DNA of 64,000 bases, from assembly GCA_963845755.1 (NCBI GenBank), contig CAWJTV010000038.1, forward strand, positions 128,001 through 192,000. Direction: 5' to 3'. Source of the stretch: an uncultured Planctomycetota bacterium. GTDB taxonomy: Bacteria; Planctomycetota; Planctomycetia; Isosphaerales; Isosphaeraceae. A program made the translations under genes and the position numbers. This document shows positions 44,353 to 54,851 of this stretch, piece by piece. The notes below the pieces were generated by a model. The model saw only the letters and a list, made by a program, of their open reading frames with translations, had not been told where the DNA came from and searched no databases. Every line of letters begins with the position of its first letter. The first letter of the stretch is position 1.

Positions 44353-45321
44353 GTGTTCCCGATTCCATTTTCCGTGAGATGCCCCTCGGTGATCGGACAC
44401 GACGCGCGGACTCCCTGGCACATGGCGGGACTGGTCTTCTTGATGGCCGCGACGGCCGGTTGCGACCTCAAGTCGCGATCGGCGCCGGAGCGGATCTGGG
44501 GGATCCACGGGGTCAAGGCCGGGCACCTGCACAAGCCGCGCGTGGCCGCCTTCGACGCACAAGACCACCTGTTCCTCGCCGATCTGACAGATCGGATCCA
44601 GGTCTTCGACCGGGACGGCCGTTACCTTGACGGTTGGCGGACGCCCGATTTCAACGTGGATGGGCCCAGCGGGCTGACGATCGATCGTTACGGCCGGCTC
44701 CTGGTGGCCGACACCCATTTCTATCGGGTTCTGGTCTATTCGGAGGCGGGCGAGCTGCTATTTCAGATCGGCGACGGCGTGCAGGGGCCCACCCCGGGCC
44801 GGTTCGGATATCCGACCGACGTCGTGATCGACAAGGCCGGGAACTTCTACGTCTCCGAATACGGCGAGAACGACCGGATCCAGGTCTTCTCCCCCGAAGG
44901 GAAATGGCTCCGGCAGTGGGGTGGCCACGGCTACGAGCCGGGCGAATTCCTCAAACCCCGCGCCCTGGCCATCGACGAGAACGACCGACTCTTCGTCGCC
45001 GACAGTTGCAACCACCGGATCCAGGTCTTCGACACCCAGGGGAACCTGCTCAATTCCTGGGGCTCGCGGGGCGATCAGCCCGGCCAAATGAGTTATCCTT
45101 ACGACCTGAGTCTCGGGCAGGACCATTGCCTCTATGTCTGCGAATACGGCAACCATCGCGTCCAGAAGTTCAGCCTCGACGGCAAGTCTCTGGGCGTCTG
45201 GGGTACGCCGGGGCGCGGACCGGGCGAGCTCTATAACCCCTACGCCCTGGCCATCGACAGTAAAGGCTACGTCTCGGTTGTCGATTCAAACAATCATCGC
45301 GTGCAGCGGTTTCGGTTGTGA
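44353..45321 (+). CDS. NHL-repeat beta-propeller, probable lipoprotein; start uncertain
   Basis: Six repeats of the form GxFxxPxxxAxD...VAD..N.RIQVF; TAGC lipobox-like sequence. Confidence 0.88.
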   Translation: MFPIPFSVRCPSVIGHDARTPWHMAGLVFLMAATAGCDLKSRSAPERIWGIHGVKAGHLHKPRVAAFDAQDHLFLADLTDRIQVFDRDGRYLDGWRTPDFNVDGPSGLTIDRYGRLLVADTHFYRVLVYSEAGELLFQIGDGVQGPTPGRFGYPTDVVIDKAGNFYVSEYGENDRIQVFSPEGKWLRQWGGHGYEPGEFLKPRALAIDENDRLFVADSCNHRIQVFDTQGNLLNSWGSRGDQPGQMSYPYDLSLGQDHCLYVCEYGNHRVQKFSLDGKSLGVWGTPGRGPGELYNPYALAIDSKGYVSVVDSNNHRVQRFRL

Positions 45322-45341
45322 GAGTCGAACAGACTCGGCAA

Positions 45342-45400
45342 GTAGGTCAGGCTTTCCCGCCTGACGGGACGTCGGCGTCGGGCTGGAAGGCCTGACCTAC
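45342..45400. repeat. GTAG-type REP doublet, family 1
   Basis: gtaggtcaggctttccc ... ggaaggcctgacctac, 59 bp. Confidence 0.8.
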
Positions 45401-45443
45401 AAATCCAAGGTACGAGCTCATCGGCACTGGGGAGGACGCAGCG

Positions 45444-48400
45444 ATGACGCTGGGCAACTGGTCGGTGACGGTCGGGAACCCATGGTGGCTGCTCCTGATC
45501 CCGATGATCGTTCCCCCGCTGATCTGGATGAGCTATCGCAGCCTGGCGGGGCTGGGCCCGGTCCGCCGGGCGCTGGCGATCCTGTTCCGCACCGCCGTGA
45601 TCACGCTGATCGTGCTGGCCCTGGCCGAGGTCCAGTCGGTCCGGCGCACCGACCGGCTGACGACGATGTTCCTGATCGATGCTTCCAACAGCATGCCGAA
45701 AGAGCAGCAGAAGGCCGCGCTCAATTACGCGACCGAGGCGTCGAAGAAGCGGCGGCGGGACGATCTGGCCGGCGTGGTGGTCTTCGGCCGCGAGCCGCGC
45801 GTCGAGGTGCCACCGGCGCCGAGCGAGCTCAACCTCCTGGGGATCGAGACCACGATCGACGCGGAGAACACCGACCTGGGCGCCGCGCTCAAGCTGGGCC
45901 TGGCGGCCTTCCCTGAGGACACGGCGCGGCGGATCGTGGTCATCTCCGACGGCAACGAGAACCGCGGCAACCTGCTGGAACAGGCCCTTATCGCCAAGCA
46001 GCTCGGCGTGCAGGTCAACGTCCTGCCGATCGAATACTTCTACGACCGCGAGGTCCTGGTCGAGAAGGTCATGATCCCCCCCGATGTGAAGAAGGGGGAG
46101 AAGGTCAACATCAATGTCGTGATCCGCGCCAGCGAGCCAACCCGCGGCACGCTCCAGATCTTCCAGAAGTCGGACAATGCCACGGCGCCCGCGGTCGGCA
46201 GCGAGCAACCGACGCCGATCGAGCTCCAGCGCGGGGTGAATGTCCAAACGCTCCAGCAGCTCATCACCGAGCCGAACTTCTACACGTTCACCGCCCAGTT
46301 CAATCCCGAGCGGGGGAGCGGAGACAGCCGGGCGATCAACAACGTGGCCCAGGGGTTCACCCACGCGCGGGGCAAGGCCCAGGTCCTGATGATCGAGGGG
46401 ACCCACGGCGAGCACGCCGAGCTGGTCACGGCCCTGCGCGAGAAGGAGATCGAGGTCAAGCTCCTGACGGCCCCCCGGATCGACGGCTCGGGCGGCGTCG
46501 GCGGGGACCCGCTGCCGATCGACCTGGCCCAGCTCCAGCCCTATGACGCGGTGATCCTGGCGAACGTCCCCAAGGAAGCGTTCACCGAGAGCCAGCACCA
46601 GCTCCTGGCGTCCAACTGCCATGACATGGGCGCCGGGCTGGTCATGATCGGCGGGCCGGACAGCTTCGGGGCCGGTGGCTGGATGAATACTCCGGTCGAG
46701 AAGGCCCTGCCGGTCAACATGCAGATCAAGGCCCTCAAGGTCCAGGGCATCGGCGCGATGGTCCTGGTCATGCACGCCAGCGAGATCCCCGAGGGGAACT
46801 ACTGGCAGAAGGTCGTCGCCAAAGAGGCGATCAAGTCGCTCTCGAGCTACGACTTCGCCGGGATGTTGCACTGGGAAGGCCAGGAGGCCTGGCTGTTCAC
46901 CTTGCGTTCGATCGGGACCGGCCGGGGCACCATGCTCCGCGCCATCGACCGCATGACCCCCGGCGACATGCCCGATTTCGACCCGTCGCTCCAGATGGCG
47001 ATGAAGGGGCTCAACAGCGTCAAGGACGCCATGAGCAAACACATCGTCATCATCAGCGACGGCGACCCGACCCCGCCGAGCTCCCGCGTGATCGGTCAAC
47101 TCGCGGCCAGCAAGGTCACCGTGACCACCGTGCTGACGGCCGCCCACGGCAACGATCCCAGCGCCATCAGCATCATGCGGAACCTTGCGGTGCGAACCAA
47201 AGGCCGGTTTTACAACGTCACCAACCCGAGGGCCTTGCCACGGATCTATCAGAAGGAGGCGAGGTCGATCTCGCGACCTCTGATCTTCGAGCAGTCGCCC
47301 CCGTGGATGCCCAAGGTGAACTACCCGATCACCGAGCCGATCATGGGCCTGCCCGAGCCACTGCCGGGGATCACCGGGCTGGTCCTGACCTCGCCCAAGG
47401 AGAACGAGCTGGTCGAGATCCCGATCGTCTCGCCGTTGCCGGCCGGCCAGGTCAACCCAGTGCTGGCCCACTGGACCTACGGCCTGGGCCGCTCGGTCGC
47501 CTTCACCAGCGACGCCGGTCGGCGGTGGGCCAAGTCCTGGCCTGACTGGCAACACTTCGCCGCCTTCTGGTCCCAGGTCATTCGCTGGTCGATGCGACCG
47601 GCCGACCGGGGCAATCTCACCTTGAACGTCCGCCGCGAGGAAGGGCGGATCAAGGTCGTGGTCAACGCCCTGGACAAGAACAATCAGTTCCTCAACTTCC
47701 TGCGGATCCAGGGGAACGTGGTCAACCCCGACCTGAATTCGGCCTCGATCGAGCTGGTCCAGTCGGCGCCGGGACGTTATGAGGCGACCATCGAGAACGC
47801 CGACACCAGCGGCAACTACTTTGTCAACCTCGGCTATCGAGGGGCGGATAACGTCCAGGGGGTGATCTCCTCCGGGGTGTCGGTCCCGTACTCCGACGAA
47901 TACCGCGAGCTGCGGAGCAACCCCACCACGCTCGAGACCCTGGCCACGCTCACCGACGGCCAGTCCGTGACCTGGAAGGCCCTGCCCGACGGCCGGGTCG
48001 ACCTGCCGCATACCGTCGCTTCGGCCGACCACTTCCGTCGCGATCCAAACCTGATCATCCCAAGCTCGTTCGCGGCCCTGTGGCCGACCTTGCTCTGGCT
48101 GGCGGCCTTCCTGTTCCTCGGCGACGTCGCCGTCCGTCGCATTGCCATCGATGTGGACCACATCAAGGAGGCCGCGCTCAACGAGTGGCGGAAGCTCCGC
48201 GGCCAGGATACGGCGACCGCCAGCGACTACATGGAGAAGCTCAGGAGCCGCAAGGCCGAGGTCGACGAACAGCTCGACCGCTCCCGCGGCACGACCGCAA
48301 CCCGCGCGGAGGTCGCCCCGGATCTGTTCCCGACCGAGCCTGCAACCGGGCCCCTTGGCGAGCCGATCCTGGAGGCCGGCGAGATGCAGCAGCCGCGGGC

Positions 48401-48547
48401 CCGGTCCGCCGAGCGGCGCAGACCCCGGGCATGGCCACCGGTCCCAAGGAGCCCGATAAGCAGAGCTACACCAACCGCTTGCTCAAGGCCAAGCAGCGCG
48501 TCTGGGAAGAGCGGGAGAAAGAGAAAGACAACGAGAAGAAACCGTGA
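45444..48547 (+). CDS. Large membrane protein with two vWA-like domains and a glutamine-amidotransferase-like domain; frameshift near 48415
   Basis: MIDAS DASNSM, TDL and ISDGNEN; GLVMIGGPDSFGAGGW; second ISDGD; WTYGLGRSVAFTSD. Confidence 0.85.
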
Positions 48548-48565
48548 CGCGGTTGCGTCGCGAGT

Positions 48566-48650
48566 GGATTCGAGATTCGAGATCCCCGACGATAAGGAAT
48601 GCGGAGTATTGAATCGTGAATCAGGAATCTTGAATCTCGAATCCCGATTC
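48566..48650. repeat. Heptamer-repeat hairpin, family A
   Basis: ggattcg-agattcg-agatccc ... tgaatcg-tgaatca-ggaatct-tgaatct-cgaatcc. Confidence 0.8.
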
Positions 48651-48727
48651 GGCTCACCCTGGTCAACGTTCGCGTATCCACCGATTTCCCTGAAATGAAA
48701 TGAATCGAAACGAAAGGATCATCGTCG

Positions 48728-49753
48728 ATGGCCGTTTCCTCCGCTGAAGCCGAATCGATGGAAGCCCGCGCCGAGGAGTTCCGCACGGCGTACGAACGCG
48801 TGAAGGCCGAGATCGGCAAGGTCATCGTCGGCCACGACGAGATCGTCCACGGCGTCTTGACCTGCCTGTTCATCGGCGGTCATGCGCTGCTGGAGGGCGT
48901 GCCCGGCCTGGGCAAGACGCTGCTCGTGCGGACGCTCGCCGATGCGGTCGACCTGGACTTCAACCGCATCCAGTTCACACCCGACCTGATGCCCGCCGAC
49001 ATCATCGGCACCAACATCGTCATGGAGCTGCCCGATGGCCGGCGCGTCTTCGAGTTCCAGCCCGGCCCGGTCTTCTCCCAGATCGTCCTGGCCGATGAGA
49101 TCAATCGCGCCACGCCCAAGACCCAGTCGGCGCTCCTGGAGGCCATGCAGGAGCACTCGGTCACGGTCGGCGGCCACGTTCACAAGCTCAAAGAACCGTT
49201 CTTCGTGATGGCGACCCAGAATCCGATCGAGCAGGAGGGGACATATCCCTTGCCCGAAGCCCAGCTCGACCGGTTCCTGCTCAAGCTGATCGTCGGCTAC
49301 TCGACGCGCGACGAGCTGAGCACGATCCTCGACCGCACGACTCGAGGCGAGCGGCCCAAGGCCGAGAAGGTGATGGACGGTCCGACCCTCCTGGAATTCC
49401 AGGCCCTGGTCCGCGACGTCATCGTCGCACCCCACGTGCAGGACTACGCCATCCGCCTGGCGCTGGCCACGCACCCCAAGGGGCCCTTCGCCGCCGACGC
49501 CACGAACCAGTACATCCGGTGGGGGAGCAGCCCCCGCGGCGTTCAGACCCTGGTCCTCGCCGCCAAGGTCCGTTCCTTGCTCGACGGCCGTTATAACATC
49601 AGCTTCGAAGACCTCCGCCGCGTCTATCTCCCCAGCCTGCGGCATCGCGTCCTCCTCAACTTCGAGGCCCAGGCCGAGGGGATCGACCCCGACGACGTCC
49701 TGCTCAAAGTGTTGGATTCCGTCCCCGAGAAGGCCGAGACCAAGGCGGCCTAG
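48728..49753 (+). CDS. moxR: MoxR family AAA+ ATPase
   Basis: GVPGLGKT, RIQFTPDLMPADI, ADEINRA and NPIEQEGTYPLPEAQLDRF. Confidence 0.96.
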   Translation: MAVSSAEAESMEARAEEFRTAYERVKAEIGKVIVGHDEIVHGVLTCLFIGGHALLEGVPGLGKTLLVRTLADAVDLDFNRIQFTPDLMPADIIGTNIVMELPDGRRVFEFQPGPVFSQIVLADEINRATPKTQSALLEAMQEHSVTVGGHVHKLKEPFFVMATQNPIEQEGTYPLPEAQLDRFLLKLIVGYSTRDELSTILDRTTRGERPKAEKVMDGPTLLEFQALVRDVIVAPHVQDYAIRLALATHPKGPFAADATNQYIRWGSSPRGVQTLVLAAKVRSLLDGRYNISFEDLRRVYLPSLRHRVLLNFEAQAEGIDPDDVLLKVLDSVPEKAETKAA

Positions 49754-49771
49754 CGACCGGTCGGGGCCTTC

Positions 49772-49830
49772 GCAGGGTGGGTTTCAGCCACCAAGAACTG
49801 CACGATTCTGATGGGTTTCACCCACGCTAC
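49772..49830. repeat. GTAG-type REP doublet, family 2
   Basis: gcagggtgggtttca ... tttcacccacgctac. Confidence 0.7.
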
Positions 49831-49874
49831 CAAGGCCCGACACCGTTCTCGGATAGGTTCCTGAGGACCAGCCC

Positions 49875-50240
49875 ATGCACGACATCTACGATCCTCCGCC
49901 GGCGCTCGAACAGGAGTGGACTCCACCGAAGGGCGAGCCCCTGATCTTCACGACCGGCGACTTGATGTGCCTGGTCGGGTTGTGCGGTGTCTTGTTTGCG
50001 GCGGCGGTGCTGGCGTGGCGTTCGGAGCCCGAGCTGGCCATCGCCACGGCAGCGGCCGGGGCGCTGGTGATCCTGGAGAGCTGGCTCACCGCGTTGAACT
50101 ACCTGCATCGTTGCCGGCCATTGAGTCTCAAAGCACGCTGGACGATCTTCATGGCCGCGTTGGTGCCCTGGCTGGTGGGGCTGGGCATCGCGGTGACCGT
50201 GATGTTGTCGCTGTTCTGGGTGTCGGACCTCCTCAGTTGA
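49875..50240 (+). CDS. Hypothetical membrane protein (about 3 TM)
   Basis: 121 aa, GAGGA RBS, lies within the operon. Confidence 0.7.
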   Translation: MHDIYDPPPALEQEWTPPKGEPLIFTTGDLMCLVGLCGVLFAAAVLAWRSEPELAIATAAAGALVILESWLTALNYLHRCRPLSLKARWTIFMAALVPWLVGLGIAVTVMLSLFWVSDLLS

Positions 50241-50259
50241 AGGGAAGCGAGTTTCGAGC

Positions 50260-51156
50260 ATGACCGCGACCACGACCGAGACGCCGCTGCTGGAGCCGGA
50301 GTTCCTCCACAAGCTGGAACAGCTCGAGCTGGTCAGTCGGAAGATCTTCGTCGGCCGGATGAAAGGCGAGCGGAAGAGCAAGCGGCGAGGTTCGTCGGTG
50401 GAGTTCGCCGAGCATCGCAATTACACCTACGGCGACGACCTACGACACATCGATTGGAACGTCTACGGCCGGCTCGATAAGCTGTTCTTGAAACTGTTCC
50501 TTGAGGAGGAAGACCTGCACGTCTACACGCTGCTGGATACCAGCCTGTCGATGGACTTCGGCGAGCCGACGAAGCTCCGCTACGGCAAGCAGGTGGCTGC
50601 GGCACTGGCATTCATCGGGCTGGTGAATCACGACCGAGTCCTGGTCGACACCTTCAGCGCCCAGCTCGAACAGGGGCTACACGGCATTCGGGGGCGGTCA
50701 CAGATGTGGCGCGTCGTCCAGTACCTCGAGCATTTGCAGCCTTCGGGCACGAGCAACCTGACCGCCTCGGCCCGCGAGTTCGCCATTCGGCACGCCGGCA
50801 AGGGGGTCGTTGTGGTGATCTCCGACTTCATGGACAAGCAGGGCTACCAGGAGGCGCTCCGCTACCTGCTGGCCCGGAACATGGATATCTACGTCGTCCA
50901 GGTCCTCAGCCAGGAAGAGGTTACGCCCGAGCTGGTGGGTGATCTCCGGCTCGTCGATGTCGAGGATGGCGAGGCCGCCGAGATCACCATCAGCGCCCCC
51001 CTGCTGAAACGCTACAAGGATACCCTGAACGCCTTCGTCGGCGGCCTGAAAGATTGGTGCACCAGTCGTGGCATCACTTACATCTTCACGACCAATCAGT
51101 TCCCGTTCGACAAGCTGATCCTCAACTACCTGCGACAAAGGGGGCTGGTGAAGTGA
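50260..51156 (+). CDS. DUF58 domain protein
   Basis: EFAEHRNYTYGDDLRHIDWN, DTSLSM and ISDF. Confidence 0.93.
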   Translation: MTATTTETPLLEPEFLHKLEQLELVSRKIFVGRMKGERKSKRRGSSVEFAEHRNYTYGDDLRHIDWNVYGRLDKLFLKLFLEEEDLHVYTLLDTSLSMDFGEPTKLRYGKQVAAALAFIGLVNHDRVLVDTFSAQLEQGLHGIRGRSQMWRVVQYLEHLQPSGTSNLTASAREFAIRHAGKGVVVVISDFMDKQGYQEALRYLLARNMDIYVVQVLSQEEVTPELVGDLRLVDVEDGEAAEITISAPLLKRYKDTLNAFVGGLKDWCTSRGITYIFTTNQFPFDKLILNYLRQRGLVK

Positions 51157-51170
51157 GTGGCGGGATCGAT

Positions 51171-51192
51171 CGGTGCTCACAGTGCACCCTAC
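51171..51192. repeat. Single REP unit, family 3
   Basis: cggtgctcacagtgcaccctac resembles the right arm of 40562-40626. Confidence 0.65.
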
Positions 51193-51202
51193 GAGGGCTT
51201 CC

Positions 51203-51340
51203 ATGAATCGTTGGTCGATTACCAGTGCGTGGGTCTTCTTCGGCATTGGCGGCGCCCTGGTGGCGTACTTGCTTTACATGATGGTGCGACGTCGCAAAGG
51301 GGAACGGGCGGGCGTGGCGAATCAGGAGCCGGAGTTGTAA
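51203..51340 (+). CDS. 45-aa single-pass membrane protein, not in the ORF track
   Basis: MNRWSITSAWVFFGIGGALVAYLLYMMVRRRKGERAGVANQEPEL*; GAGGG upstream; fills the operon gap. Confidence 0.6.
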   Translation: MNRWSITSAWVFFGIGGALVAYLLYMMVRRRKGERAGVANQEPEL

Positions 51341-51358
51341 GAGTGAAAGGCTGCAGGA

Positions 51359-53479
51359 ATGGGTAGCTTCTGGTCTCGGCTGAGTTCGATGAGCATGCCG
51401 CTGGAGCTGAATACGCCCCTGGGCCTGGCGGCATGGTCGGCGCTGGCGGGGGTGCCGGTCGGGATCATCGCGCTGTATTTCCTCAAGCTGAGGCGTCGGC
51501 CGGTGCGGGTTCCGAGCACGCTCCTGTGGCGCCGGAGCCTGGAGGACCTTCACGTCAACAGCCTGTTCCAGCGCCTGCGACGCAACCTGCTCCTGTTCCT
51601 CCAGCTCCTGGCGGTGGCGCTGGCGATGCTAGCCCTGGCCGGCCCGCAGATGAAGGGCACGGGCGCGACCGGGCAGCGGTTCGTCCTGATGATCGACAAC
51701 TCGGCGAGCATGTCGTCGACTGACGTCAAATCGAGCCGCCTGGGCCAGGCCAAGGAGGAGGCGAAGAAGGTCGTTAGCAGTATGGATGCCGACGACCTGG
51801 CGATGGTGATCTCGTTCGCCGGCTCGGCGCGGGTCGAGTCGAATTACACGGGCGACCGGCGGATGCTGGCCATGCGCATCGACGCGATCCAGCCAACCCA
51901 GTCGAAGACGTCGCTCCGCGAGGGGCTTCAGGTCGCGGCGGGGCTGGCCAATCCTTCGAAGCAGATCGGCGAGGGTATCGTGGCGTCCTCGGTCGTGACG
52001 CCGAAGCTGTTCATCTACACCGACGGCGGCTTCGGCGACGTCGAAGGGTTCAGCCTGGGCAACCTCGAGCCGGAGGTCGTCGTGATCGGCCCGCCGCCAC
52101 CGCCCTATTCGCCGCCCGCCGAGGGGAGCAGCGGCGCCGATGAGAAGGCGAAGGTCCGGAACCCCTCCGACAACGTGGCCGTCGTGGCACTCCAGGCCCG
52201 CCGCGACGAGGACAAGCCCGAAATCTACCAGCTCTTCGGCCGGGTCCATAACTTCCGGGCCGAGGAGGTGGACACCGAGGCGCAGCTCTACCGGCACGCC
52301 GTTGACAAGCCGGGGGACGCCGGGGAACTGGTCGACGCCATCGAGATGAAGCTCGCGCCCAGGCGGACCAGTCGTTCAAATTCGACCTGTCCGATCCCGG
52401 GCTGGCTCCGTATGAAGTTCGCCTTACGGTCAAGGATGCGCTCGAAGTGGACAACCGGGCGTTCACGATCGTCGGCACCACGCGCAAGGCGCAGGTACTG
52501 GTCATCACGCCCGGTAACCGATACCTCGTGGACACTCTGAAGACCCCTTCGGCCATCGAGCACGCGGACATCACCATCGTCACGCCCGAGGAGGCCAAGG
52601 GCGAGGCGATGGTGCGCGACCTCAAGGGCGGCCGATACGACCTGGTCATCTACGACGGTGTGAAGCCCGATGCGCCGCCCGAGGCCAACACGCTGTTTTT
52701 CGGCCAGTTCCCGCCCGGCGCGGCTTATGCCAAGCCGAAAGATGTCCAGGGGCCGGTCGTCCTCGATGTCAACATCGCCCACCCGATGATGCAATACATC
52801 CGGGACATGCCGCTGATTGCCATTGGCTCGGCCCGGATCGTCGAGCTGCCCGCCGGGGCCAAGAGCCTGATCGACAGCAACGTCGGGTCGCTGGCGTTCG
52901 TGGCCCCCCGCGAAGGGTTCACCGACGCGGTCGTCACGTTCCCGCTCATGGAGGGGACGATGCCGAATACCACCTGGTTCCGGTACATCAGCTTCCCGCT
53001 GTTCATCATCAACAGCATCCAGTCTCTCGGTAACGTCCGGGAGGGAGCCGGGGAAGAGGTGGCCGAGCCCGGCAACCCGGTCGCCCTCCACGCCGAGACC
53101 ATCAACCGCGAGATCACGGTCACCTCGGCGGATCGCCCCGCGGAACGCATCCCGCGCTCGCCGCAGGGGACTTTTGTCTACAACCACGCCGAGAAGTCCG
53201 GCCTGTATCTCGCACGCTGGGAGCCCGAGGGCCGGCTGCCGTTCGCCGTCAACCTCTTCGACTTCCGCGAGAGCGACCTGGCCCCGCCGCGGATTGGTCC
53301 CCTACGGGGCCCCCGAGAGCACGGCCGAATCGTACAAGATCAAGATCGGCTATAACCCCGTCACCGGCACCCAGAAGCCCCCCAAGGTCCAGAAGGACAT
53401 CTGGTGGTGGTTCGCACTCCTGGTCCTCGGCGTGCTGCTGGTCGAGTGGTATGTTTACAATCGACGGGTTTATATTTGA
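51359..53479 (+). CDS. BatA-domain/vWA membrane protein; frameshifts near 52360 and 53285
   Basis: IIALYFLKLRR...PSTLLW; MIDAS DNSASM; YTDG; C-terminal WWWF...LLVEW. Confidence 0.88.
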
Positions 53480-53518
53480 TTGAAACGGCATTGGTGCACT
53501 CATTGGATTGGCTCATAT

Positions 53519-53566
53519 CCAGGGGCTGACGCCCCTGGCTACGTCCTTCCGCCCCCATTCGGGGGC
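53519..53566. repeat. Double hairpin (REP- or terminator-like) between convergent genes
   Basis: ccagggg-ctgacg-cccctgg followed by gccccc-attc-gggggc. Confidence 0.6.
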
Positions 53567-53601
53567 TCTCCGCCAGGGACTTATGGAGCAGACGCTCAGC
53601 C

Positions 53602-54832
53602 CTACACCCAATCCCGTTCCACGACTTCACGTTTCCTGCCGTGAGTCGTCTGGCCCTCGGCCCCTCGGGAGTCGGTTGCGGCTCGGGCATTCTTCAGCAC
53701 GAACCGCGTGACCTCCGGCGTGCAACCGTAGCGTGCCGGATGCCTACCCGCGATGCCCTCGCTGACGTACATGAGGGTCTTGTCCTGCCGGAAGAAACCG
53801 CGGTCGAAGCGGCGAGAGTAGAGACTCGGCATGAAGATGGCACCGACGAACGGCAGCCGGATCTGCCCACCGTGGTTGTGGCCGGCGAGCATCAGGTTGA
53901 TGCCCCAGCGCGCGGCGCGGTAGAACCGGTCGGGCGTATGACTCAGCAGGATGCGAAATTCAGACGGCGGGATCGCTCGCGGGTCGACGTCGGGTCCCCA
54001 GGGTGCCGCGGTCCCGCCCAGGGCGATGGTTGCACCATCCACGTCGATGGTCGTCCATTGCCCTTCCAGGGTCTCGAAGCCGGCACGGTTCAGCTCGGCG
54101 ACGATCGCTCGCGGCTGATGCCGCTCGTCGTGGTTGCCGAGGATGGCGTACTTGCCCAGCCGGGCCTCCAGCGGTGCGAGCAAGGGTTCGACCCAGCCGA
54201 TCGTCTCGTGGTCCTCGACCACGTCGCCGGTCAGGACGATCAGGTCGGCCTCCCAGTCCTGGCAGGCGGCGATCACCCGCTCGAAGTAAGCAGCGGCGGA
54301 AGCATGGGGCCAGATGCAGGTCGCTGATCTGCACGATTCGCAGGCCGGCCAGCCGCTCGAGGAGATCGGGGAACGCCACCTCCCACTCGCGAAGACACAA
54401 CCGGAACGATTCATTGCCCGGGAGCCGCAACAGCCATGAGCGCCGACCGTCACCGATCAGGTCGTCCCGTTCGCCTGGACCAGCAAGCACGCGGAACTCG
54501 GCGGCGTGTTCCACGCCCTGGGGCCGCCGCCGCAAGTTCAGGACCAGGGAGGCGACGGGCCAGCCCACCGTGCCACTGATCGTGCACAACACGGCGTAGG
54601 CCCGGATTGGCCACGGCCAGGTCCACCAGGGGGATTGGAGGTGCGCCCAGAGCAGCAAGACCGAGGTCGCCCCGAACGCCGCGAACAGAGCGGTCCGGAT
54701 CCGGTCCATCACCATTTCGGAAAGTCCCAGGCCGCTGAGGATGTTGATCGTCAGGACCAGGTGACAGAGATGGCCCAATCCCGCGGGCACCACCAGCGCG
54801 ACGACGGCCTCCCATGGCCAGTCAGGACTCAT
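53602..54832 (-). CDS. Membrane-anchored metallophosphoesterase; frameshift near 54295
   Basis: SDLH, TGD, GNHD, LSHTPD and AGHNHGGQ. Confidence 0.92.
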
Positions 54833-54851
54833 GATCGGAGTTCTCGATGGG

